A stretch of 63,610 nt of DNA, the filler included, from Basidiobolus ranarum (taxonomy: Eukaryota), in assembly GCA_040143965.1 (NCBI GenBank). It is 7 parts of 7 records of this genome, joined end to end, with 100 filler letters (N's around TTAATTAATTAA, not from the genome) between each part and the next. Parts side by side here need not be neighbours in the genome. Positions count along the whole stretch, not along the records: positions 18,231 to 27,240 come from JASJQH010007762.1; positions 27,341 to 36,339 come from JASJQH010007763.1; positions 36,440 to 45,435 come from JASJQH010007764.1; 4 more parts are not named here. One strand, written 5' to 3'. The notes below the pieces were generated by a model, which saw only the letters and a list, made by a program, of their open reading frames with translations, ran no database searches and was not told where the DNA came from. A program made the translations under genes and the position numbers. Below, in pieces: positions 25,742 to 39,750 of the stretch. How positions within the stretch are numbered: position 1 is the first letter of the stretch; each line of letters starts with the position of its first letter.

Positions 25742-26958
25742 ATGGACAGTCCTTTTGAGTCTATGCTGAATGAAAACTTCGTTCAAAACGAATCAGAGGA
25801 AACGAAGTCAGCGCTTGAAAACTCACAATACAAAAGCCCTTCAACCGGCTTCGCAATTCCATCTTATAACTCCAGCATATCATTCGATTCCTTCAGCTTT
25901 ACACCTCCTCAAAGCGTTCTCACAAGCTCTACATCCCTATCACCAAGCGAGGCCCTTCACAACTCCAATGAAAATGGTTCAGTTAAATTCAACAAACGCA
26001 ACAGCTGGCCAAAACGAATAATGAACGAATTAGGAGACTTTTACTATGTAATCTCACCTACTTATCGTTTTATTTATTGCTCTCCACTCTCCCAAGCAGT
26101 GGTTGGTTACAAGCCGGATGAGTTAACAGGAAGGAGTATTATAGATTTCATCCACATAGATGATGTTGATACTTTTATCAGAAAACTTAATCAATCCTTG
26201 AGTCATAAGCCTCTTGACTTTTACTATCGATTTCGCAAGAAGGACGATAAATTCACAATGTTTGAAATCCAAGGCCACCCCTACTATCAACCAGGTGATC
26301 TTAGTCCGATGTGCTTCTTTTGTATAAGCCGGCCTTATCCCTCTAGAGCCAGTAAAATTCTCGATACCTTTTTAGAACTGAAAGTGGAGAATGAGATGCT
26401 TCGGAAGCAACTGGGCGAGTTTGAAGGATCATCCCAACATAAAGCCGTGATCAGTAACAACTGTAAGCTTGAGTTCGACTCGATCAGACATAATTATGAT
26501 CCTGACTCTATGACTACAAATACCACCGAAAAGCCAGTGTCTCTTAATACTGGAAGATGCTCGATAGATCTACGAGGAGGAGATAGTAGAGCTTCGATGG
26601 AAAATAACGATGATGATAGTTCCTCTGGACAAGATGGGTCGCACAAATTAAAAAGAAAGGTATACGCACATGTCTTTTCTCAACCTCTTATCAATTTACT
26701 AAACCTTCCTTCCAGAAGAAAACCAAAATTGATGATAATCAAGAGTACATGTGTTCTGAATGTGGCACTTTAGAATCCCCTGAATGGAGGAAAGGTCCAC
26801 TGGGCCCCAAGACGTAAGACGGAATTGCTTTGTTTCTGCAATAGACAAGTCAATATTAACCCCTTTCTTCTAGCTTATGCAATGCATGCGGTTTAAGATG
26901 GGCCAAGAGAGTCAAGCAAGAACAACTGCCCTTGAAACCAAAGCTCAACGAGCCTTGA
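25742..26958 (+). CDS. White collar 2-like PAS + GATA zinc-finger transcription factor, 3 coding exons
   Basis: PAS domain ([30 protein letters not shown]), WC-2 linker [25 protein letters not shown] and GATA finger [32 protein letters not shown] after splicing 26660-26715 and 26814-26873. Probable 5'UTR intron at 25649-25719. Confidence 0.9.
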
Positions 26959-27340
26959 TGCTCTGTTCTGATCAAAATTTTTGCAAGATCCCTCCTTGGA
27001 TAGAATCGGGACTGCAATCCTGGCAATAATACCTAGTCTTACCTAATCTCACCCTCACCCTTGTAAATTCACTAGAGAGTACATACACTCAATAGTTCAT
27101 TAAGGGGAAATCCCTTACACAACAGCTGTACTAGATGCGATGGCCGAAAGAGAGACATGTTACCTAATCCCTAGTCGCAATCCCTCGTGTTTAAAAGTTA
27201 TACACCAAACAAGCAATTCAGAACAATCTCTGTCACACCCNNNNNNNNNNNNNNNNNNNNNNNNNNNNNNNNNNNNNNNNNNNNTTAATTAATTAANNNN
27301 NNNNNNNNNNNNNNNNNNNNNNNNNNNNNNNNNNNNNNNN

Positions 27341-27674
27341 GTAAAGTAAATGGATCAATCCAAGATTCTAGTTTAGCACAGGGATTAGTTTTGACAACGT
27401 CAGGAGGATCTACGCCAATGTTCAAACACATCACAAGGGCGCATGAAACTGTTTTTATTTTTTCACGCATTCTCCAGTCATGTTCAATTATTCCATGAGC
27501 AGGGTGGTCAGGATTTACGTTGGCATTATTTTCATGACGTTTGTCAGTATAGTACATATAACAAACATTTTCGTTTTTTTCTCCATCACTCTCCTGATAG
27601 TCTCCAACGGGTATCTCTGTAGAATATTGCTCTTCAAAACCGTGGCGTATAGTTTGCTCTACGGTATTGTTCAT
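27341..27674 (-). CDS. KOG1: Raptor/KOG1 (TORC1 subunit), N-terminal fragment cut by the contig end
   Basis: [43 protein letters not shown] is the Raptor N-terminal conserved domain. Confidence 0.93.
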
Positions 27675-28042
27675 GATAATCGCATGAGGATGCGTCCAAA
27701 CACTTTTTCTTTTTTCTTAAAGGAGAAAGTAAACTCTTACTTCACGGATTTTTGGAAAGAGGTTGGGATATCCTAGTTCTCGAATTCAGTTCCCTATGAT
27801 TATTCATTTGTAAATCGTCACTTGGTTAGTAATCGTTTTTTTGAGATTAAATCAATAGTTCTTTGTTATTCCCTAGATGCTGATCATTCGTATAGGTGTA
27901 AGTATGTGATTAAAGTTAACGATTTTTAAATGAAGATTTAGAAAAGTTGATTGTTTGGATCAATCCTAAATAAACAACAAAGATTCTATCACAGGCGTGT
28001 ACGAATATAGCTGTGTCTTCTGTTGACTAAAGTTTCGAAGCA

Positions 28043-31000
28043 ATGAAGCTAAACGCTCCGTGGACAACTGTAGATTACCAACTTGACCAGTTGAAGATAA
28101 AACGACCGGAAAATCTTCAAGATATTGCAGAGGTGATATGATTCACCATTTCTCAACACAAGCTGATTCTAATTTTTCTTCCCCATCAAGGCTTGGAAAT
28201 TCGTTATCGAGAATGTTAGACCAAACGATTTACTATCTTCCCCGAAGGTAGCATCAGGTATACAGTTTACTTGACTTTAGATATGATATACCCAACTTTC
28301 TTACGGATTCTGTTTAATAGTTCAATCAGGCTTAGAAGTAGCACTTAAGCTATTACATAGTTGTGGCCTGACAGGCCGACTGAAAGAATGGTACTTTGGT
28401 AAGTAATTTGTGTCGAAGTTTCACATGCTTGCGGTGCTGATGCCTTTAGTTTGTCGTTTCTTTGTGTAGGTGTTGTATCATCGGATTTCACGCAATACAT
28501 TTCACCCTCTTTATCTGCTTGGAGCAAAACATCATATGTAAGATATACTGCTATTGCTTTAAAGAGCGTATCTGTTGTTGACGATTTTATGCTATAAGAC
28601 TGAGAATGACCGAGTTTTTGACGATACATTGCTTAATGCATTTATGGAGTTAACTAATGTACTAGTAACTCGATTTGAGCTATATTATTCTGGATACAGG
28701 ATTATATCATTCAAGTATGTTCTCTATAATCTCTTGAGAAAAACTCATACTAACCTCTTGCTCAGCGAAAATGACGACCAGGCTCTAGCTAAGATGCTAA
28801 GAACCAAGCTTAATTCAATTTTACCATCGCGATTTCAAAAGGAGTGCGTTCTTTTTTTCCGCTCTTGGTTTGAAACCTTTCGAAGATATGTTCGACACAG
28901 ACGTCGACTAGGACTTGGTATTTGTCTACAGTGGTATGGATATGACGAAAAGTCACCACACATGGAGCATGCTCTTTCTCCACAACCATCCGATGCTGAG
29001 GATAGTGACGAGGAAGAAGAATCTATGTCGCAATTCGAAAACAGTCTTGACAAGTCGAAAAAAGCCTGTGACCTTCTTTGCATCCTAGGATTAGACCAGT
29101 TAATTGAGAATATTACGATTCCAATCTTGCATGGCGAAATTGAGAAAATTGTAACTTCCAAATGCAAAGGGGAGTTTGATCGTCCTCTTCTCTCCATCAT
29201 TCTTAAAGAGCTTAGTACAGTGATTTTGCCGTGGCTTCGTCTCATTCTTGCTTCGCGGAAAGCTGACAGTAATGTCCTTTCATTTTCTCCTGCAAGGGAT
29301 GCCTTATACTGACCAAATTTACCTTAGACGTTGCCATGTCCATGGATTACATCAAATGTAAAACTCGTTTGGAATATTACATGTACAAGTGCTTTAGCGA
29401 TATGAGGTAGTTTTCTCATTTGATTTCTATCCTTCGTGTTGTTTCTCATTATCTCCATAGAATCGACGAACTTTTCGATATCATTGTTGATTACCCGGAT
29501 TCCGAGCCTGCACTACATGATCTTAAGGCAAGTGATTCTCTTAATGCTTCCCTGAGAGCTTCCTATACTAATGTTTTGTGTAGAGTTGCATGCTGAAGGT
29601 TGACAGTCGAAGTTATTTGGTTTCGAGTCTTGCCAATTCGTAAGTTTCTCAACTTCTTCATCAGCCATTGAAGATCCTATACATATCTGTATCTTTTAGA
29701 CTTCGCAAGCGTCTTTTACATCCAGGAGCAAACACCTCGGACATTATTACTCAGTATGTGTCAAGTATTAAGTGCTTGAGAATCTTGGATCCTCCAGGTG
29801 TCTTGATGCAAATGATTGTGGATCCCATAAGAAAATACCTGAGGTATAAGCTACAAATGTCGCTATTTGCTTTAGACTCACGTGAATTCACACTCTTTCG
29901 ATGCTACATAGATGTCGAGAAGATACTATTCGGTGTATTATATCCGATCTTGTGGACGATACCAAGAATGAATTGCTGGAAGAATTGGAGCAAGGTGATG
30001 GGATTATCATTCACGCATCCGATGATGAAGACGACGATTTCAGTAACATGAACTGGGTTCCCGATCCCATAGACGCTGGGCCAAGTAAGCACATATTATT
30101 ATGTCAAGCCGCACCGGTAATGACCATCAATCTCATTCTTCGTAGACTTTAAATCAGCGAGATCGCGCAATGCCGACATAATCAGCATGCTTGTCAACAT
30201 CTATGACACGAGAGATGTATTTGTCAAAGAGTTTCAGACTCTCCTTGCTGACAGGTTGCTATCTGTCCAAGAATACGATACGGAGCGTGAGGTATAGTCT
30301 CTGGAGCCCATTTTTTTCATTTCAGCACTAACGACTCTTTTAGGTACGCCATTTAGAACTTCTTAAGCTCAGGTTTGGTGAAGTTAGCCTCCAATCCTGT
30401 GAAGTTATGATCAAGGATATAACTGACTCCAAAAGAGTGGATCACGCCATTCACGCCGATGGCCGCTTCAATGAAAATGTACAGTGTTTATGCCTTGAAA
30501 TACGAGGAACTGGATGCCCTAACATTTCCACTCTGTTTAGATTTCAACTCATGCCACAATCTTATCTCGCCTATTCTGGCCGAATTTCAGATCGGAGGAC
30601 GTCTATCTCCCTACCCAGTTTACAGAGTAAGTACGCTGTTCATCCAAGCCCTTCCACAGCATTTATGTTTACATTCTTTCTCTTGACAAGACAATTGTCC
30701 GCATACGAGTCAACCTTCGAGAAGTTGAAGCCATCCAGGAAGTTAATTTGGCTAAATCACCTCGGTACCGTTGATTTAGAATTGGAGCTGAAAGACCGAA
30801 CACTCTCTTTGAATGTTTCCCCCGCCCATGCAGCGATTATCTGGTACTTTCAAGAGAAAGGTAAGCTACTCTAAGCCATATCATCAATCTTCTATACTGT
30901 GACTAAGCCATCTTACTTTGCAAGATACGTGGGATCTTTCGGAGCTAGCACAGGAGTTGCAAGCCACACCGGACAATGTCAAGCGTAAGCTGATGTATTG

Positions 31001-31426
31001 GATCGGTTTAGGTGTCATTAAAGAGAACTCGTCCAACGTTTATTCAGTAATAGAAGAAGCGGAGGAATTGCCTGCTGAACGTTAGTACTTTCATCTGACT
31101 AGTGCTCCTTTACTGTCTACACATTGATTTATAATAACGTTTGGAAACTTTTAGTTGAGAATATTGAAGAAACTGTTTCTTCATCTGTTCAGTCTGCCAA
31201 AGAGCAACAAGCGGAGGAAATGCGCATTTATTGGTCATATATCGTAGGAATGCTAACGAATTTAGGAACACTGCCTCTTGATAGAGTTCAATCGATGCTT
31301 TCTATGTTTGTTCAAGCCCCTAACAAGTACAATAGAACTGCGGAGGAGCTTCAAGATTTTTTGGATTTGATGATCCGCGAAGACAAATTAGAGTTTTCAT
31401 TAGGAATGTACAAGTTAAAAAAGTGA
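28043..31426 (+). CDS. APC2: Anaphase-promoting complex subunit 2 (cullin-like), multi-exon
   Basis: ELFDIIVDYPDSEPALHDLK, RLLHPGANTSDIITQYVSSIK, WVPDPIDAGP, VFVKEFQTLLADRLL, LLKLRFGE...CEVMIKDITDSKR and the C-terminal YIVGMLTNLGTLPLDRVQSML. Confidence 0.93.
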
Positions 31427-32077
31427 TTGTTCTGTGATCCATTTGCTTATTCTGTATTTGTGTATTTTTCCAATTTTTTTGAGACTGTATAGTATATAGC
31501 TATATTCACATTAAATCATTTATATAGCAACCATTCATAACCTCATCTATCTTGATTGCAGGCTCATGCAACAAGTAGAATGAAGTTATTATGCGTGAAG
31601 ATCTCATGCTTAGTAGAGTATTAGTCATTTTGATTTCGTAACATATATATATGCACAATCCATTGATCGGGGTTTGCTTACTAGAGTCCACATGGTCTAA
31701 AGGACAACACATATCTTTGTTATATCTGCTCTAGCAAGTTGAATCGTTTAATTAAAGGTACGAGCGGTTCTAAAGTTTGAAACATTCTCAACATCAAACT
31801 ACGGATGAGATGGAGAAATTACCCAAGATTGAAACAGTCGTGATACTATTGTCTCCTGCACACTCAACAATATCTGTTCAACATAAGGTGTTAGAGTTAG
31901 TATTTCTAGGGTCTAAGTAATTTGTAGTAAACTACGGATACAAATAAAGTGAAATATAAGGTAACTAGAAGTAATACTCTTGAAATTTCTTTTACTTCTT
32001 GTTACACTGTCAAAGGAGTACTACTACCTCGCTAACAAACAAGACCTTTCTGTATACAACTAAAGCTTGGGTCGAAA

Positions 32078-33428
32078 ATGTACACTTCTGGAAGATTTAC
32101 CTCCCTCCGAATTGGTATGACCAAAAAATTTGTCCAATTGGTTTACTGAATTTTCTCTAAAACAGTCGCTTTACAATATAGATAAAGGACGGACGCGTTT
32201 TATTCCTCAAATAAAGCAACGCTCTTGTAGTAAATTGAGAGCAATCCTAGAAACTGGGATTACTTCAAGTCAAACTTCTGAAAATGACTTCCAAGAACCC
32301 GAAGTAGCCAACGCAAATGTTATAAATTCTCCAATTGTTCAGGATGGTATATGTTGTCTTTCTGAAATATCCTCTATTATGCTATTCACTAACTGTGCCG
32401 AAAAACATTAACAAACAAAAGACGTAGAGAGGTTTCTTGGGCTAGAGGAAAATATCATTTCTCACTTTTCTAGAGAAATTCATTCTATTGCTATACCTTC
32501 CTCTACTAGTACAAAGGAAAATGTTGCAGGTTCTCTAATTTTTGCCACAGAAGGCAATAACACTGCTTCTAGAAGAGCTATACATTTCAAGAAGCGATCG
32601 TTGGATACAGTAAGAGGGTTGTCGAAGGCGGACGAACCAAATAATATAGATAACCAGACTGAGACATCAACTGATCATCTGAATATTCCTTTATTCATGT
32701 TTTGTAAGAACACCAAACTTGGTAAACCTAAGAAGAACTTTATAAATCCTAAAAAGAGAAAATTCCCAAAGCTAAATGATACTGTAATCATGAAAGACGT
32801 CAAGCCTGTCGTCGAGGACAATTCAGAAAATCTCAAGCTTCAGACAATTGATAAAGAAAGGTATCGCTATGATCTTTACCTTATATAAGTGTAAGTTCTA
32901 ATCTATAGGTTTCAGCGACTTTGCTCCGCAGATGCGAGTAATCAACGGAAAACTAGCGCTCGACAATTCCTCTCTTTTTGTCGATCGTGCAAGGATAAAC
33001 AACAGCCAAGACAAAACGCCTATTGATGTAGTGGAGGAATCAGCAGCCGATCGGTTTGTCAATAGTAGCACCTATCTTGTGAAAATTAAATCCCAGCGAT
33101 GGTCACCTGAAGAAACTGAGGTGTTCTATCAGGTAACTAATTACCAATTCCAGACTATTCCTTAAAACTTACCTTTCTTCTATCATAGGGGTTGGCCAAG
33201 TGGGGCACCGATTTCAGTTTAATTGCATCTATGCTTCCAAATCGTGCCCAGAAGCAAATCAAATACAAATTCAAGAAGGAAGAACGGATAAACTCAATGA
33301 GAATTACCGAAGCTTTAATCCGACGCAACCCTGGCACCACCAAAGCTCTATCAAAGAAAGAATCGACCATTAACCATCACAAAGCCTCCATAGTCACTGC
33401 AAGCAGTACATTATACTCAAAGCAATAG
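32078..33428 (+). CDS. BDP1: TFIIIB subunit B'' (SANT domain), multi-exon
   Basis: APQMRVINGKLALDNSSL, FVNSSTY and RWSPEETEVFYQ|GLAKWGTDFSLIASMLPNRAQKQIKYKFKKEER. Confidence 0.85.
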
Positions 33429-33814
33429 AACGTATCAGAACCAAAAGGGTAAACACTAGAGCTCTAGCCTTGATTCTCTGGGTGAGATTTTTGCTCTCCA
33501 CCCTTCATTCATCCACACCATGGGCTCAATCTTATCAGCGTCTAGAGTTTGTATTCGACTTGACAAAGCAACTTTCACCATTGCTTGAGCACAACTTCAA
33601 CCCCCGGTCTACTTGAATAGTGCTCCTGGTCTCTCTTGAATGCCAGTGATGTTTTCCAACATTTGCATATTGTTGGTAGCTTATTCTCTTTTTGTATTGT
33701 ACGGCAATGAAGTTTAACTTTAATAATCATTGGTGACCTTAATAATGTATGGTTTAATCTATAGAAGGGTGAGTGGTAGAAATATTCACTTTAAAGCTAC
33801 AGGTAGCAGAAGAA

Positions 33815-34950
33815 TCATTGATTCTTAAGATGGGCGATCTTCGCACGAGGAGTAAGTTTGAAAGCAAGAGAAACAAACACCCACCTCATCAGGAAGGTGA
33901 CGGGCAAGCAAACAAAATTCATGCCCAAGCGATAATACTTTCCAAAGATAGGCAACAGTTGGACGGGTGGGGTTAAGTGATAATTGACATTTTGCCCATA
34001 TATCAAAGAAAGTGGTAAAAGGATTGTACCGTTATATATGCCATAGAAGCAATAGGCCGCCAATGTCATACTGACTGAAGGTCTCCATACAGCGACTTTA
34101 CGTGTGTAAAAAATATACAGTGGAGAAAGTAGAATAATCCAGTGCTCTATTCAAAGAATGTTAGTTCCATTCTCTACAACGCGTCTCTACTCAGGCCACC
34201 TTACCCAAATGAAAATTCTCAACTTCCAAGAACACAGTAAATGAGCGGTAATCAGGAAATAGCAATGCCATGATTCTAAATGCAAATTCTGAAGTGAGTC
34301 CAATAATGAAAACAATCTAAAATATGTCTTGGATGACTCTTACGTTCCCCACATAATATTCAAATAAACGTTAAACAAGACGTGAGGAAATCTTCGGGAC
34401 TTGGGATAGACAAGGACAATGATCAAAAGCAATAGACTCACATGACAAGGCTGAAGCAAAAAGATGACGTTATCCGTGACTAGCTTATGGATGCTAACCA
34501 ACACAAACGATAGGATTAACCCAAAGAGTAAGAGTGTCTCACCCAGTGTACGCGATGAATCTTCAGATAGTACAGATATTTTCCTGTTGCAAGCCACTCA
34601 AACAGTTAAAAGTAAGCTTCACAAGCTAACTCTAATCAGTGTACTTACGCATATCTAAAGCCTCTATTGTAAAAGTAGGCTGCTGCCAGAGAGTAGACGA
34701 TCGTATATGCCAGAAATTCGATTGTGTGTTGTCTAGGACTCAAAAACCTAGATTGATAGAGATAGCTTAGATAATGATGTTATCAGAGTTCACACTATTT
34801 TAATATGTACCAAGAACCCGCATTTCCGCTAGACCAATCTGTTTCAAGAGGCATGTCTGAGCTAATAGACTTGGTAAATTCGACCAACGGCTCGAACAAC
34901 ATCTTTTCAAAGTAGGCGACTAGATTTAATTTCTCAGGAACTTCATTCAT
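33815..34950 (-). CDS. TMEM164-family membrane protein, multi-exon
   Basis: GNAGSW|FLSPRQHTIE, IFLLQPCHV, FFE*-free HWIILL exon and GQNVNYHLTPP; the LxPCH and NxNYxLxP patterns are recalled as TMEM164 motifs. Confidence 0.75.
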
Positions 34951-35599
34951 TTCACCTCAAGTACAACTTGGAATGATAATAGCGAGTGAAAGTAGCACAA
35001 AAACTGAAGAAGTTAAAAGATATATATGTGAAAATAGGAGAAATCTGACCAGAGTGTTGCAGCTAGCTGCAAGATAACTGGTAAATCAATGGTGTTGCAT
35101 GAAAAACGCGAGTTTATCAAATAAAACATTATATAAATATTTGGTTTGCAAGCGTTTCTACAGCATACCTCAAGAAAGGAATATCAATTTGTTGATCCGA
35201 GGTTCTACGCACTTTTGTGGCTAATGATTATCCATATATATATGAATTCGCGTTTCGCATATGACTTTTTTTTACTTTACGTCTTTTATAATGAAATGGT
35301 TTCAGATGCACAACTCAAGGCGCCATTGGCCTTGTACTGAAGATTGACATTGGTCGAATTGGCACATATGTGATACACCACACCAAGTTACGAAGGTGTA
35401 TCATTCTCCTGTCTGTTTGTTGGTTATTGAGCGTATCGAGTGCATTGCATAGAGATCCTATCTTTCAGCAGAATCGTCTATTAGATCATCAAGGAGGCGA
35501 TACAATTACACATACCATTTAAATTTGGTGCACTCACATTGTGTCGAGTCAGCTAGTGAAATAGTTTGGTTATTTGTGGTGGAGCCAGTGTTGTGTATT

Positions 35600-36339
35600 T
35601 GGCCACTATTTTGATATGCATAGTACCTTGAGCTCAGCAAGTATATATATAGGGACTTTTTGCAGTATTTTCAGCAATACAATAGCTATTCCTGTTGCTG
35701 GCATTATTGCTTTATGTATTTGTCAGCATGAGAAAAATTTGCTATGTAGATGTTTCTGATTGAATTGACAACAGGTGCTTATATACAGGTTGGAAGTGAA
35801 TACAATAGCAGGAGGCTTATTAATTGAATGACAATGAAGTTGTGCAAAATACCTGAGAATTTTTCTATTTCTTTTCACTGATTGCTGACTCAAGAAATGT
35901 TTGGAAAAAAAGAATTGGATCCTTTACTGTCTCTGTTAGTAGTCATATCATTAATTTCAAGATGCCAACTTGTCTAATTCTTCATATTGCCCAATTGTAA
36001 GCTGATTCATAAATATTGCAAGATACCTTCAGTGTACTAACCTAGCAAGTCATTTGTTCAGCTACCTAAATTTTACTATGCAAACATCAATATCCTAACT
36101 AGGAACTTCTGCTTGTCATTGAGACCAACTTTTAAGTAAATTCCAATTGAGAATTGTTGCAGGATCTTGACATAATGGGGGTAGACTTTGTATATTAGAA
36201 GCAACTTGTGATAGTATGTTTTAGTTACTTTATTTTTAAGAGTATATGGTGACTTATATAGTAGAAAAGTAAATCAATTGTTTGAGATATTCAGGAGTTT
36301 GTGTAATAAGATATAATAGATAAGTGGGGGTAATAAGAC
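35600..36339. repeat. CpG-depleted degenerate repeat or TE relic, family not resolved
   Basis: AT-rich, essentially no CG dinucleotides and no intact ORF. Same signature as contig 5. Confidence 0.45.
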
Positions 36340-36599
36340 NNNNNNNNNNNNNNNNNNNNNNNNNNNNNNNNNNNNNNNNNNNNTTAATTAATTAANNNNN
36401 NNNNNNNNNNNNNNNNNNNNNNNNNNNNNNNNNNNNNNNATCAAGGAGACAACAAAAGTAACAGAAGCAAATCAGCATGTACTGCTTCAAACCTAGGCAA
36501 CTGCTGAATACTCTTGTTAATACCTACATTATCCTATCTTTACTGTTTAGTGCATCATGCAAAAATGATTTGGATTGCAGTTAAATATAGCATAAATTG

Positions 36600-39500
36600 C
36601 TTTAGTTTGATCACAATTGCTTAAGTGTTTATGAAACACTGATAGCATGAAATTGTCATATATCAAAATAATCAATGATAGCCTATTAATACAAGTGATT
36701 TCACTACAATCAAATGAAAAATGTCTGTCAATAAAAAGCTTGTGCCGCCATATTGGCTTGATATGGCTTAATCTGTTCACATTTTCATCCAATTAGAAAC
36801 TTACATGATTGAATGAATAATTTGCTGATCTAAAAATGATGAATCAAGCAATCCTGATCACTACTATAATACAGCAGATCAATTGCTCATGGAGTGCTGT
36901 GATTTGTCACTGGTGTGCCAAACCTACTGGTGCTTTGTAATGCAGGAGCTGTTGTGCCCAATTGTAAATCACAATACTGTGTTAGTGAGGGACAAATGAT
37001 TAGCCTAAAAACATGTGAATGTCTGGGTTATACATTGGATTGGGTAAGTTACAGTATAATTGTTTATTGTTACACATGCAGTAATTTGTAAGTTACAAAC
37101 TAGGGGATGAACTTGCTTTGTCTGTTACCCAAAATCGTAATTTGGCAATACTAAATTGGGTAACTTGGTATGGGCTGGCAAAATATCTCCAATAAAATCA
37201 TCATGTCCAATTGTGGTGGGATAGTGCCATTTTGTTCCTGATACTGTCTGATCAAGTGTTAAAGGACCCAGCCATGGTAATTGACAGATCATGCCAGATG
37301 GTGTACTAGCAGGCTGGATCAAGTGGCACAATCTGACCTGGTCCAATGGAATAAGTATATAGGACTTGTTCCATTGTGCCAGGATTTATCAGACCTTGGA
37401 TCAATATATTAGAGTGAATGTGATCAAAATTGATCATGCTGGAGGGTGATGGATAGAGCCAAATTGTGCCACATAAATTTTAGAATACTTTATCCAATAT
37501 GAGATATACAGCACAATCTGGCACTATCACCAAGAACAAGTTCAATATGCATGCTTTTATTTAGATATTTTGGGCTTTGTATGTGCACCACAATGAGAAT
37601 CAAAAATTACAGGAATCTTGTTGTGTTTAGTCTCTACATATGCACATACTTGACTGATATTAAAAAAACTCAACAACATCAATTTGCTTTACCAGCAAAC
37701 TACTGGTGGAAAAAATGCTAAACATCTGAAATTTGGTATAGCACTGACACTTGGCAAATAGCTCACTCTTGTTATTGCTCACAAAGAGAATAAGCTTTTA
37801 GATTTTGACAAATTTCCATAAAGAATTCAGTCAAAATATCCCTGACTTGCAGTCAACAAATGCCCTGCCACAAGTAAATGTGTTATTGCCTAAATCGATT
37901 ACTCTATGGTTCAAACAATAATATTGCATATCACAATTTATCTCACCAAGAAGTCTGTCTTACATCTTTCCCAGACAAAACATCAGATTATCACACAAAC
38001 AAATTAGTCCAAATTTCAAGGGTACTTACTATATGTCAATGACTGGGCTTTTTTGCTCTTATTATGCTCAACAAATGCAAAAACCCTTGAGCACATTGAA
38101 AAGAGCCCTTTGTTGGAAGGTTTATATAGTCTGGTGTCTCCTTAACCTATTACAGTGCATCCATCATGGATTTTGCTGATACATTGTTAATCTAATTGAC
38201 ATGTCAGCATACTGACAATTTCACGTGGAAAATCATTAGACTGCAGGTATACTACATTAGGAACTCCCTGAATGTATAGCAAAGGCCTATATTTTATAAG
38301 CATTGTAAAAGATGCAGCAGCAAATGTACTGAACAATGGCATTGATTCAATTCATTTTCTTTAAACCTGTGATAGACCCCAACAGAAATATGAAGATTGT
38401 TATTGTAAAAAAACTGTCATAATTTTACTCCATCTTGCATTGACTGTTTAATTGCCATCATAAAATTCACAGATTACACTTGATTTAATCAATTCTTTCA
38501 GTTTCAGGAGTGAAATTTCAAGATCTTTCAAAATAGTTGCACCTGATTGGCTACAATCACTGGGAAGTATGGATTGGCACATGTGCAAAAATGTAACTCA
38601 AATTTTAGACATTTACTACTTGTATGCTAGTTTGTCACCCCCAAGATCGCTGGTTACTTTGGTGTATTCTCCTGATTATTTTTGTAGAGTTCTTCATACC
38701 TAATGTTTAGCTCATATCTAACATGCCTTTATATAAGTATCTTCATCATAGCCCACCATTGTATATATATTGCTGAATCAACTTTCTTCCAGCTATCTGT
38801 CAGCTACCTGGCATTGTTGTGCCATTTAATATTAAGTTCTTCCCAGATAACTGCATGGTCAATACCAGACTGAATGTCAAGTTGAATGTTCTTCTTCTGA
38901 AGCTACTTCTTGCATACTTGCACTGCATTTTTCCTTCCATACCTTTGAAAATACTGCTCAAGCACTTGTACTATTTTTAAAAATCCTTGTAGTGGACATC
39001 TTCCAATGGACCAGGTCAGATCTTGCCACATGACCCAGCCTGCTAATGCACTATCCGGCAACATCTGTCTGTTACCATGGCTAGATCCTATAACAATCAA
39101 TTACACACTATAAGTAACAATATGTCACTCTCCCACCACAAGCAGACACAATATTTTTTTTGGAGATATTGCACCAGCTAATATCAAGTTACCAAGTTTA
39201 ATATTGCTAAAGTAACATTATAGGTAACTTGCAATGCAAGTTCATCCCCTAGGTTGTAACAGTACATTTTAATAAATATGCAACAATAAGCAATTTATAC
39301 TGTAACCTACCCTATCAGATGTGTACAAAAACTTTCACATCTTTTTAGGCCAATTGTGTGTTTCTCACTCATACAGTATCCTGATGTTCATTTGGTTGCA
39401 ACAGCTCCTGCATTATTGAAACCTGTAGTTTTGGCACACTGGTGGCAAATTATAGCACTGGATGAAGGATCAATCTTTAGTATGACAGTATTGATTGGGA

Positions 39501-39750
39501 GCTCTTGATTCATCATATGGGATCAGCAAATTATTCATTCATTTTTGTAAACTTCTAATTGGGTGAGAATGTGAATGGATTGAGCCTTATCAAGCCAATA
39601 CAGTTGCACATGCTGGCTATTGACAGACATTTCTCATTTATTTGAAGGAAAGTGGCTTGTTTTAATATGCTATCATTGATATTTTTGATATATGATGATT
39701 TCACACATTAGTATTTCATAAAGACATAAGCAACTATGATCTAACCCTAG
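36600..39750. repeat. Long inverted repeat, arms about 36600-37352 and 39000-39750
   Basis: TAGGGGATGAACTTGC at 37101 versus GCAAGTTCATCCCCTA ending 39251; gaatgaataatttgctgatc versus gatcagcaaattattcattc; atctgacctggtcca versus tggaccaggtcagat. Confidence 0.9.
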
